From: Camelus ferus
Lineage: Eukaryota
Assembly: GCF_009834535.1 (NCBI RefSeq)
Contig: NC_045724.1
Coordinates: 7,750,001 to 7,814,000 of the forward strand
Length of the DNA: 64,000 bases
Direction: 5' to 3'
How positions within the stretch are numbered: position 1 is the first letter of the stretch; each line of letters starts with the position of its first letter. The notes beneath the pieces were generated by a model that saw only the letters and a program-made list of their open reading frames with translations, was not told the DNA's origin and searched no databases. A program made the position numbers and the translations under genes. This document shows, one piece after another, positions 34,741 to 46,685 of the stretch.

Positions 34741-37700
34741 TTTTAAAAATTTGTCTTTATTTTTTCTATTTTTATTTCCCCATTTTCAAGATGTATTTAC
34801 TTATTTCTATCATATATATGATAAACGTATATATCATAAGCTGCCTAAAATTTTTGGGGGCAAGCTATTTAAAGGCTGCAATAGCAAATTGAAATGAAGT
34901 ATCTATGTAAATAAATAATTATCTAAATTCAATAACTGCTAATAATTTTTCATAGGCAGAAAATCTAGCATATCTCCCATTTCTCATTTTTTACTGTCTT
35001 TCTTCTCTCTCTGCCTGCCCTTTCTCCCCTCCCATCCCCACTTTTGAGTTGGAAAAGCCTAAAGCTACTGCCGGACTTTTGGCTATAGGCCAATTATTTT
35101 TCTTTTTTAACTGATTGACTCAAACTTAAATATTGCTAAAGACATGTTTAGGAGCTTTTCCCATTCTTATTTTGGTGTCACTGAAGTTCAGTTGAAGTTA
35201 GTTATACAAGAGGTCCAACTGTTTTATAACAGATAGTTTGCCCAGGCAAAGTAGCAAATGGAATGCATTATTCAAAGCTAGTGTACATTATAGTTTTATC
35301 TCTTTGTTGAGAGAGAAAAAGTGACCATCCTGGTCACTGGGGCTGGGGGTGGGGCATTTCCTTTAACCAAACATACTCTCTGAGCTTGGAGACAGATTTA
35401 AATTCTTCAGGTTGATGAAGTAGCCCCCTACTCCTTCCTGAGTAAAGACAGTTATGTCCACCAGTTTTTGGAAAATCACAGGTTTAGCTCACTGGCAATT
35501 AAGTCAGAACAATATTTCTTGGTAGTTTCACGGGTAGGTGCATAGAATGTGTTTAATTGGCACAATAGGGGACCTTTAATTTTTAAAGTTCTGTTGTTTT
35601 ATTATGTATTAGAAAAAGTATAATTAACACATCACATCATTATTTTAAGGATATAAGTTCTTAGTATAAATCTAAAAATAAGAAAAAAATGAGTTGATTT
35701 TGGAGGCAATAATAAGTAAATAATTATCCTGGTGACAGCACACAGGGATTATTATTAAGGTGGTAAGCTGATAGCTAAAGCCTTGGAAACTTTGAGTGAG
35801 GACAATCATTCATGGAGAAATACGGGATGAAACAAGCCAGCTGATGGATAACTGGAAATCCTGTAGTAATTGAATTATTGTGCTTTGGAATTTCGGACGC
35901 CTTTCTGCCCCTCTTCACCTCCTGAAACTTCGCTAAATGTGACCTTGCACTGAATAAAGGTTGCTGTGGTTTTTATCGTTAGTGTGCTGTTGATGGAGTT
36001 TCTGTTTATCAGCATCATCCATCGCGGCAGATTCCTCTTAGGTCTCTTGGGTCATAGTTTTTCCATTTGAGTTCCAGTCTTCAAGATTTTGCCTCCATAT
36101 CCCTTAACTGAAGTTTTGGACATTCAAAAAAAAAAAAGGCAGCTGATATTTTTCATCCTCATTTTAAATGGTTGTCAAGGATTTATTACTAGGTTTTTAG
36201 AAATATTGACACAACAATAAAACATGTTCATCACCAAGTGTAATAAATCCAATGGAATCATGACCCATTTAAGAAAAGAATGCATGAACGGGTTCTTCTA
36301 GACCATTCAAAAACTTTACATCTCTGCTTTTCCCCCTAGAACTTTACCATTCTATGGTCTGCAAATTCCCTTTGTATGGGCCATATTAAAACCCCCCAAT
36401 ATAGTGGGACTCATTGGGTTGGCCAGCTCTAACCCCATAGATGTGCCTCTTCAGATGGAGTTCTGCACCAGCCACTTAATAGGAGACTGTTTCTCAGACC
36501 CAGCACATCAAGCTGTGGTCAGGTGGGGTTATTTGGTGAAAAGCATGGATTGAGGTAGAATTCTAAGGTGCTGCTTACCTCCAGTCTTGCTGCTATATGC
36601 TAAAATAACCCCAAGTTAGATTTTGCTGTTACTTGCAGCCTAAATCCTTTCTCACTGATCAATTGCTCTTCAGTCATCTGCTTAGATGGCATTTCCTCTG
36701 AGATGCTTCCCAGAGCCTCAAAGATGGGATTTTAGGGTTCTTTCCTCTGAGGACCCTACTGTAGTAAGCAGTGCCTCCTCCGACCTTAGCGCTCAACTGT
36801 TAACTTATCTCTTTTTGTCTCGTTAGAAGGTAGGAGTTGTATGTAATACACAGTTGTGTCTTCAGCACTTACAGAGTGGATGCTCTATGACAGTTACTAT
36901 ACAAATTAATCAATGTTGTTTATCAACATATTCCCTAGAGAAAAGAGCTTTAAAGTAAGAGTAGAAGAAATGGCTGTCTCCCATCTCTCTGACCACATTC
37001 TCTGTCCTTATAGCTAATTTACTAAAGAACTGCCTTTTGAAAGGAAGATCACAATGTCCATGGACTCTTGATCCAGTGGCTGAATTGACCCAGAATTTTT
37101 TCATATATTATTCAACTGTAGGTCCAAAACTTTTAGTGACTGTAAGTCCACAATCTCTTCAGCTCAAGTGGATCTTGCTTTGAAAGAACTCAACTCTTCT
37201 ACATGTGAACCCCAAACCCTGAGTAATTCAATTTCCATTGTTCCTTTTTAAATTAGTAGTGCACTGTCTGGTTAATGGTTTGCATATTTCTATGCATCAT
37301 ATTGTATTTCACAGGTACTGGGTGGCTTAATATTTATTTAGAGAACCCATACTAACTATGGACTAAGGGCACTTAAAATGGAAAACACAAGATACCTTCT
37401 AGTTTAAAGGATTATTTTGTTCTGTTCTATTGTAAGTAACGTGCAGAGGAGAACAGCAATGCTGGCAATTCCAAGAGCAATGAGTGACATGCTCAGTCAC
37501 TCGGGAGAATAGATCTACAAAGTAATGAGCCACCGCTATGAACTTATTGGACGTAACCTCTCTGCCTTGGGGATAACAGAAAAACTGGCTGGACAGCATC
37601 AGAGGATCCATTTTATAATAACCCATAGCTACCTTAAATGTCATGTTCTATAAGCCCTCAATGGAAAACCTACTGCTATAGCATCGAGACACAATACTAG

Positions 37701-39089
37701 CCTCAGTCACCAAAGAGCAAAACCTTAAGTATTTCTGCAGTTTTTGGTCTGGTAAATGTGTCATGCAGTTTACTTTTCAAAAAGTGACACACAAAACACT
37801 TAATTCGATTTAACAATAAAGTTTGGCTTCCAGGCAATTTCTTGAGTGTGACTTCAACAGGTTTTCCTGGGTTGACTCCAGGCATTTGTAAGGAGTAGCG
37901 CATGAATTAACGGTGGCTGTGCACGGAAAATTAAGTGTTACCTTGCTATTTATGCTGCTACAGCCCTTGGTGCAAATCCCAGCGGAAGACCTACTTCATG
38001 AATGATTCCTAGCAGGATATCCTTCCCGGTCCATGATGCTAGAGAGAATATAAAACATATGAGGGAAAAAATGCACACTTGGGCTTTTCATTCTTTATTA
38101 CCTTGGTGGCGTGGTCACACACTCCTTTTTTTTTTTTTTCAAAGCTATAAAGTTTTGGTGCAGTGAAAATCCTTCCTGCCTGGTTGCCCAGCAACAACTG
38201 AACCTTAGTAAATGAGGACTATTTCACACTGGTTACAGAGACAATCTTGTGCAGAATGAGATGGTCCTCTTAAGAGCCCTCTATTTCCTGTGTTTATTCA
38301 GGTTAGTTGTTTCAGCCCACCCTGGTTTACTGGGAGGCAGGCTTAGTCCTGCCTGGTCTCCATCTCTGGTCTGGCTCGGTGGAGACACACATGGGGGTGC
38401 TTGGTCAGTGTCGCCTTGGGAACAAAATTGGGAAGAGGGACAAGTTTGTCTTCAAAACATTTCAATCTGTGATCTCTTCCCAAAATCACTTTTCGTGGGA
38501 ATACGTGACTACATTCTCCTTATAAAAGTGATGTGGTGTGATGACCCTGAGTTTCCCTTGCCCACTCTTCTTAACCTCACTTGTTCCCAGAGGCCACTGT
38601 TATTATCAGTGCACTGAGGGACCATCCAAGAACATTCTCCATGCATTTATGTACATGTATATGCACAGGGAGATGGCTTTGTGTGTATGTATGTGAATTT
38701 GCTTTACAAAAAGGAATATCAGACAATAAGTTCTGTTCAGTCACTTGCGTTTTTCAATCAACAATATTCCCTGGAGATTTTTTATATCTATGCTGTTCTT
38801 TTTAAATGTGATGTATATTCTTTGGTGGGGTGTACAAACAAACGCTGATAAACAGGTGGTGTTTCCCGCTTCCTTTCACTCTCCTAACTCCCAGAGTTGG
38901 CCAATTTCTTCTAACTCTTGGGCTTCCAGGGTCAATGCATTGTTTCCATGACACAGAAGAGGACCCCCTGAGCCCACTGGGTCACCTCCTATCATGTAAA
39001 ATTTCCCTTCCATCCACTGGGAGGGAAGTGCCAGGCTGAATTAACTTATTCCGGGGTGGTCCTCCATTTCAGAACTTTGGGATGGCTCC

Positions 39090-39265
39090 CTGCAACAGTG
39101 GTTCTCAAACTTTTATTGAATATAAAGATTGTTCGAGGTGCATATTAAATATGTAGAGTCCCAGAATTCCTCCAGACAGCTTGCTTCAGGGATTCTGGGG
39201 TGAGGCCCAGGAACCTGCATTTCAACACATACATCCAAGGAGTCTGTTGGGAGCAGCATCTACAT
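39090..39265. mobile_element. MER5A/B-like
   Basis: cagtggttctcaaactt ... tggggtgaggcccaggaacctgcattt. Confidence 0.75.
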
Positions 39266-39299
39266 TTTGAGCGATAATGCCCTAATCACAAATTTCTTA

Positions 39300-39560
39300 G
39301 CACTTTCCCACCCCTCCCCCACCTTACCAGGTCCAACCTACCACCCTCTTCTGTTCACACATCAGGCTCCTCTCTCTGGCCTACAGACGTACTTATGTTT
39401 TCAAACTTCTCTTATTTTATTTCCTCTGCTTAGATTTCCCTTTTCATTCTGTGCTTCTAGCCCTCAATTCGACCTGGCAAATTTCTACTCATCTCTCAAG
39501 GCCCAGTTTAAATGTGACTGTCTCCACAAAGTCTTCCTTCATGCACACCCATCCTCTTTC
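39300..39560 (+). mobile_element. LINE2 fragment
   Basis: aaatttctactcatctctcaaggcccagtttaaatgtgac. Confidence 0.6.
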
Positions 39561-39649
39561 ACTTGGCCCTTTATTCTGCTGCTAATAAAATGCGTGCTTG
39601 GGCATCCATGCATGAGTGCGAACACACATATTTTTAATGTCTAGCTATA

Positions 39650-39812
39650 CAGGGTCCCCATATATAGTTGTTAAGGTTGTGTACTGCACAAATCTGGGGG
39701 GCATCACTCACATGAAGAATTATTACTTATTTATTTTGAAAAATTTCTAGCAAATAACAAGAAGCTGTCAAGAAAGACAGCTTTTTTCAGAATTGCACAA
39801 TGCACCACTAGG
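39650..39812. mobile_element. MER91-like (hAT-Tip100)
   Basis: cagggtccccatatatagttgttaaggttgtgtactgcacaaatctggggggcatcactcacat resembles the MER91 terminus. Confidence 0.6.
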
Positions 39813-39954
39813 GAAGCCCAGAGGATGGTTGAATAGGGTCTGTTTTTTCCTTAGATTATAAGTCGTTCAGGGAAAGAATTACACATGGCAGAGGGACCTA
39901 TGAGTTAACACAGTATTATGTGCATAGCCATCAGCACACAGCAAAAAAATACTC

Positions 39955-40600
39955 AACATCAACTGAACAGTTACTGTGAGTTAGGCACTTTCTAAAGACT
40001 TCTCATGTTTTAATTTATTAAGGTTTTTAAATTCTCGCAACGACCATGTGAGATAGCTGCAGTTATCATCCCGTTTTAGAGATGACAAAACTGAAGCACA
40101 GGGAGGTGAAGTGACTTGTCTGAGGTCACACAGGTGGGACTTAGCTCAGGCAGCCTGACTCCTAGTCCAGTCCAAGCTCTTGACCTTCCAAATATGATTA
40201 TTTGAATTATTGTGTTCTGACCATAACTGAATTTATTTACTTTTCTAAGGTAATATTTAGGGACTACACTGTGCATCCTTAGACATTATGGGGAAGGGGA
40301 AGAAATTAATAAGAACTAATGTGTGTGTAACCGTCCACACAATTATAAGGCATATGCACATATAATTGTCATAATAGTTTCCATTTTATTCTTTTTATTA
40401 AGTGCCTCTTATATGCTAGGCATCTCTCTGGAAGATTCTTTACATGCATTTGTTATTCTATTTAAAAACTGCAATTACATGCAAAAATAGGTAATATTAG
40501 TCCCACTAAACAGTGACGAAAACTGAGATTCCATGAGGCGGAGTGATTTGCCCAAGGCCACGTCACTGAGCTATGAGCCCAGGACTGCCTGACTCAGCAC
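39955..40600 (-). mobile_element. Two MIR copies (about 39955-40170 and 40410-40600)
   Basis: ttttagagatgacaaaactgaagcacagggaggtgaagtgacttgtc; aaactgagattccatgaggcggagtgatttgcccaagg. Confidence 0.75.
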
Positions 40601-40825
40601 CCCTTGACCTGCCCATTTTATGGAAGAGGAAACAGATGCTCAGAATGGTTAAGAGCCTTATCCTTGTCTTGTGACTCAAAAGCTCCTATGCTCTGCTCTA
40701 CAGCATGTTGGCCCCTAGATTATCTTAATATTGGAACCAGAATGCTCCAATTGCTGTCATTTTAACTATGTGTGATTGGCAAACTTAATAATGATAAATC
40801 TACATCTTTGGTGGGGGGTGGGGAT

Positions 40826-40970
40826 GGGGGAAGGGTATAGCTCAGTGGTAGAGCACGAGCTTAACATGCAGGAGGTCCTGGGTTCAATCCCTGGTACATC
40901 CATTAAAAAAACAAAACAAAACAGAACAAAACCCTAATTACCTGTTGTGCCGCACCTCCAAAAAAAAATC
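40826..40970 (+). mobile_element. tRNA-derived SINE (camelid Vic-1-like), long form
   Basis: agggtatagctcagtggtagagc...ggtcctgggttcaatccctggtacatccattaaaaa...cctaattacct; A box TAGCTCAGTGG, B box GGTTCAATCC. Confidence 0.9.
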
Positions 40971-43900
40971 CAAAAGAAACAGGTGAAAATCATTTTTAAA
41001 AAACCCTAAAAAGCCAAAAAAACTACAGTTTACAGATGAGGAGATTGGAGCTGAGAGAGTTTCAATGATTTGCCCAACAGATCAATAAATGGCTAAGTGG
41101 GAACCTCCATCCAGAGACCCTGACTTCCAATGCATTATCAATGGCTAAATCCAAGTTCCGGACTGTGACATTAACAATTGTTAATTACTAATTCAGAAGG
41201 CCCAGTTACCCCCTGAGCATCACCAGACTGTCCCTCCAGAGCTGGTATCTCCAACAATAGCCAGCAGCTCAAATTGCCACCCTTAATGACTCGATCACTC
41301 TTGAACTTCCAGCATTAAAGCAAAGATACACATGGCTCTGATTAGAATGCCAGCTACCCTCAGCTGGCTGAGGCTCACTTGGGAAACGTGGAGCCTTCGG
41401 GGAGTGAAGGGGGATCAGAGTCACATTCAGCCCAACTCCCTGGAACTCAGGGAGAAGAAGCCACGTGCTGTGTGTGCTACTAGGTTCTGGCTGGAGGCTG
41501 ATACACTTGCCCTTGCTCTGAAGTTGTGTTTTGACAGGTGTAGCTTCGAGCCCGTGTCGTCCAGGGAAGCTCCTCAGCTCACCATTCTCCCTCTTTGTTG
41601 CCAGGTGTCTGGGTAGCCAGGGCTTTGGGGAATATTTTAAGAGATGCCTGTGTGGAGCATCGGAGATGGGCTAAGGCTGGTTTGGAAGAAGGTTGTATCC
41701 GTTGGAGACAGACTGCCATTCTGGAGTCGGTGGGAGTCCCAGCTTTTAAATGCAAGGCCACCTGACTCTGAAGCCCCAGTTTTCTCCACCTCCCAACACC
41801 CACGTCACCACTGACTTCCTAGCTGGGCGTTGTGCGCATCCTCCGTTTTACAGAGCAGAGCATGGAGGAGAGGAGGGGTTCCCCGATGAACTCACACTTT
41901 AAGGGCACGATTTGATTCCTGACCTTAGGACCACACCTTTTGCTTTGTGTTGTGTTGTACTTTAACCTGGCTTAATAACAGAGCCGGCATGGGTATGGCT
42001 TTTTGAATAGGTTGTTTCGTTAATCTTATTTTATATAAACCAACAATCAGGGGCTCACTAACTAGTTGTGCACACATCACCCACTCTGCCAGACCCTATT
42101 GATAATCTCACCACCGCAAGAGGTCGTTACGTTCCAACCTCTTGTCCTGCTGCAATGCTGCAGACCCGGAGGCAGGTGCGAGGCCCGCAGGTGTTACCGC
42201 AGTCGAGTGCTCACGGTGGGTTTGAATAATGAAGCGGGCTGTGTGATTCTGTGCAGGATGTGCAGCCAGGAGGGGGTGTGAGTCAGGGGTTAGTCCATCC
42301 CTCTCCCCCACACCGGGAGTTTTTCCTTTTAAATCTACTTACCTGGCCTGGCTCCACGTGCCTTCGGCTCACTGTGTGCCTGTTCTGCACCAATGAATCT
42401 GACAGTCAGGCTGTCGCACTGGGGCTCATGGCTTCCTCCTGGGGACATGTGAGCTGGGGGGCCGTTCCTGCCTGGGGCGTGCACACTGCAGAGAAAGAAA
42501 ATCCCCCAAGATTTCATAGCTCCTGTGATCCAGGCACAAAGTGATTTGAAATGAAGGAGAAGTGGGCAAGCAATCATGACAATACAGCAAAAACCAAAAC
42601 CAAAAGCAAAGACAAAATGCAAGACCAGGAGCTCAGGCGAGGGACAGAATATTATCTACTTTGGGGCACATGCAGAGGCATGAACCCGAGACAGGTAGGG
42701 AGAGCAGAGGGTAGGCATAGCTCTTGCCATGAGGAGTGGTAGCTCCTCAACACCCATCGAGGTCACGGAGGAGGCAGGATGGCCCCTGGAAGAGGAAGGC
42801 ATTTTCAAGCGGAAGAATCTGTGAAGTCCGACGCCTACCTGTGATGGGGAAGGCGGAACTGTGGGGTCCAATGGTCAGGGTCAGGACCTGCAAGAGATGG
42901 GCAGCCCCCGGGCGATGCTTGAGTCTGGTTCTCCACACACTTTTTGCCGCAGGATTGCAGCACTGCCAGCAGTCAGCCTGCAGTAGGAAACGTCTGGTGC
43001 CAGCTGATAGATACCTGGCCCGGGTGTGTCAAGAATTGATAACATCCAGTTAGGAACTAGGTCCAGCCAAGCTCCAGGATCATGGTGATCACTGTTTTCT
43101 GAATTCCTGCCTGATTCCTGCCTCATTCCTCAACTGAGATTTACCCCCCTGTTTCTACAAGTCTCCAAATCACCCAGGTAGAAGCTGTGACCCACAGCTC
43201 TGAAACATTGTCTCAGAGTCCCTCAGTGCTGATCTGGACATCCCTGAAGTAGCTGTGGAAAAGTCACGATTGACTGGTGGCTGGCATGTCCCCAGAAAGC
43301 ATTTCTTAACTCATGATGTAATCGTACTGATGAACTAGAGTGTAAGCCGTGGGAGGAATATTCCCGTGAGCTTCTGTTTCTAAAATTGCTTAATTCCTGC
43401 CAGTGCCTCAATGCACAATCAGAAAATGTACTGTGGACTCACTGGAAATCTTATGTCAAAAGTGAGAATATTTCTGCTGTTTTGTCACAGGCAGGGACCG
43501 ATTTGGAGAAAAGTAAATCTGATGTACAAACTCCCAGACTGGATTTTTTTAGGCTCAAATTCCTCAACATCTAATAACAAAGTTGTCTCTTCCTATTAGG
43601 AGTGCCAGACCACAGAAGAGTTTTCCCCTGAGAATCTCTCACATCTGGATCGGAAATTTAAAAAACTCATCAGTCACTTCTACATAGTTGGTAGGTTAGC
43701 AAAATACAAATATAATGGCCAGCTTTTCCCCTCCCAGCAGAGAGTTCTTGCTGATTAACCTGCAGACAAATAGTTAAACACGACGACAAGGTGGAGACTC
43801 CACTGATGAAGATGAGCGCTGAGGTCCTAAGCCTTCAAGACTTTGTTCTCTAAGAGTCCTGCTGGGAAGCTCGGGCTGTAGAGAAATGATTTTGAATCAC

Positions 43901-44819
43901 TTCGGGGAGAATAAAAATAATCCCCTTGTGCAGACCACACCCAAGCTCAATTAAATGGAGTCTGAGGGGGAGACGTTGGTGTCTGTAATTTTATAAAAGT
44001 CCTCTAGTGGATCCAAGTGTGCAGCCGAGGCTGGGACCCACTGCTATAAACAGACCGTGCTCTGCAAGGCCAGCGTCTAAATCTAAACCAGGTTGTAGGT
44101 GTGATGAGACGTTGAGTGTCTCGGCGTGACCAGAGCCCCTGGGCAGGGGCAGGGCACCTCTGGCCTCAACCTCCCCACCTAGCTTGCTGAGAAACAGGAT
44201 GGTTTTCCCTGTGATACAGGCTGAGGGCACCTGGTGGTTTCAGATCAGTCCTTTCACTTTCAGGAAGTCGGCAGGAATGGCATCACGCCGCAGCAGTGGA
44301 TGTCATCAGGCATTTGGGTCAAGCCTGCCAGCTGGCAGCTCCCAACAGGGGCCCCCGCCATGCGTGCGTTTCACCTCTCTCTCTTTCACTCATCTGACTG
44401 TGCCTCTGCCTGCCTGCCTCTCTGCCTGCCTGTCATTCACTTTACTTATTTATATTATTTTTCCAACAGTTTTTAAAGGCGCGCTCCAGGGAAATATTAT
44501 TATAAATCTTTAATAATGGAAGACATTAACGACTGGTTGCGCAGGTTCCTGTTCCTCTGGATGTCCTTACCTGGTCCCTTATTCTGGAATTCTCTCAGCT
44601 GTGCACTTGGCGTGTCTCAGGATTTATTTACCTGTTCGATGACCAGAACCCCCAAGTCCACATTTCTCTGTTTACATACCATTTGCCGTCTTCACGGGCC
44701 ACCAGCAGTCCTGCCTTCTTGGCGTACCCCGGCCGTCTGCCGCAGCGCTTGCCTAAGTCTTAAAGCACTGACTGCCTCGCACAGCAAGCAGGTAGACGTC
44801 TAAAGATATGTCTTGTCGC

Positions 44820-45345
44820 CAGGTGGTGGATGTCATCGGTGTCACCGTGTCATCGGTGGCTCATTCACTTAATGGTAGGTTGCACTTTCCCAAATAAGCT
44901 GCAGCAATCATTTCAGCCTCGTATACCCTTCCAGAATCTTGCCATGGAACCCCTTGAGGCTGGAGGACCCTTGTGACTTCCTGTACAAATAGGATGTGAG
45001 CAAAGTGAGGCAAAGTTAGAAAAGTCTACACAGCACCTCCCTGACTATCTTGGGACACGTGTCTTCAGAGCCCTGAGCTGTGATGTAAGAAATCCAGTGA
45101 CTCGGAAGCTGCCGGGCCAGGGGGGCCATGCAGCGACCCCATAAAGACAGACAGAGATGCTGACGAGCTCCTAGTCATCTTCAGGCAGCCCGCTTCCCCA
45201 GCAGATGCCATGTGGACAGAGAAGAATTGTCCCTGCTGAGGACTGCCCAAATGGCAGACTTGTAAGTGAAATAAGATTGTTATGAAGATTGTTTGTAGGC
45301 CACAAGTTTTGGGTGGTTTGCTCTGCTTGTAAGTAACCAGAACAT
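44820..45345 (+). mobile_element. MaLR LTR (MLT1F/G/H-like)
   Basis: gcagatgccatgtggacagagaagaattgtccctgctgagg ... gttttgggtggtttgc ... taaccagaaca. Confidence 0.75.
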
Positions 45346-45779
45346 TACTTTTCTTCCTAACACAGTTTTCAGTTTGTTCAGCTCTCTACCACCAGCTCAC
45401 GTACCTGGCCTAGACAAATCTCAGCCCATCCCCTGTTCTAGGGGTGGCTCTATTTGGTCTAAGAGTATAGAAATATTTATCTACTTGTTAGTGACTGTTT
45501 CAGGATTCAGTTCAGGCCCCAGTACAAGAGGAGAGGTTTGTTGGGGACTTCTTGGTACATTCTTTTTCTCTCTCTTGGGAAAACTTCTGGAAACTACTTT
45601 TCCCCTCCCCCTTTAGATTCCTGTCATGTGCAGATGTGAGGTCCAGGACCATGACATATATATCATTAGCAGTCAGAGATGAGTCTCCATCATGGAGGAG
45701 AGCAGAGGCCAAGGGTATCACAGAGGAATGGAGCCAGAGCTGCTAGATCACACCATTCCTGAAACCCACCCTACCGTAA

Positions 45780-46265
45780 GACTTCTCACTATATGAGTTT
45801 TCTATTAAGGTCATGTTTTGCTGTGAGTCATGCAGACCTAAAGTCACAATGACTTAAACAGGTTAGATGCCTAATTCTTTTTCATGGAAAAGTCTGTAAG
45901 AACACAGGTCAGGGCTGGAGTGGGGAATCACATTCTATGAAGTCCACAGAAACCCAGGATTCTTCCAGATAATCACTTCACTATTTCTAGGATATGGACC
46001 TGATCCTCTGGGTCTCAGAAAATGGCATCCATTTTCCAGAAGAGTAGAAGGAGGAAGGCATGAGGAAGAAGGCAAAGTATATATACCAGATGTACTGTCT
46101 CTTGGGGAAGATTGTTAGACGTTGCCAAATACACTTTGGCTTATATCTTGCTGGTTAAAATTTAGTGTGAGGGAGGCTGGGAAATTAGTTTTTATTCTGG
46201 GTGGCCAAATGCTCAAGTAATCACAGGGGTTATATGGCTATGGGATACTGGGGAACAATTCGGTC
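45780..46265 (-). mobile_element. MaLR LTR (MLT1J/K-like)
   Basis: aaagtcacaatgacttaaac ... ggaggctgggaaattagttttt. Confidence 0.6.
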
Positions 46266-46559
46266 TCTGACACAGTGAGGCAATGACCTTCTTTGCCATT
46301 TAAAATGAATTTATATTGGATTTTCTGTCAAATTGTAGCCAAAGAGATCTTGACGAATACACTCTCTTTCTAGTGTATAATCTAGAATACTCTTCTTTCA
46401 CCAGTCTGTGTTCCCAGAAGTTTAAGTTTATTAACAGATAGTAAGAGTAGCTGAGTCCATTTCCCCTCATTCATCTTCTGTCTGTTAAGGGAGAAGCATA
46501 GCATACGGATGGTCTAAGGCAAGGATGGAAATATCTTTCATACTAAATGCCATCCTCAT

Positions 46560-46685
46560 CACACTACACTTGCAGGAGGGCAGGGACCATATCCTGTAAT
46601 TGTTTGCTGTTATAGCCTGGTACCAATTACAATGCCTGGCACCCAGTAGGTGCTCAATAAATCTTTGTTGAATAAATGAATGACT
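46560..46685 (+). mobile_element. LINE2 3' end
   Basis: tgcctggcacccagtaggtgctcaataaatctttgttgaataaatgaatga. Confidence 0.8.
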
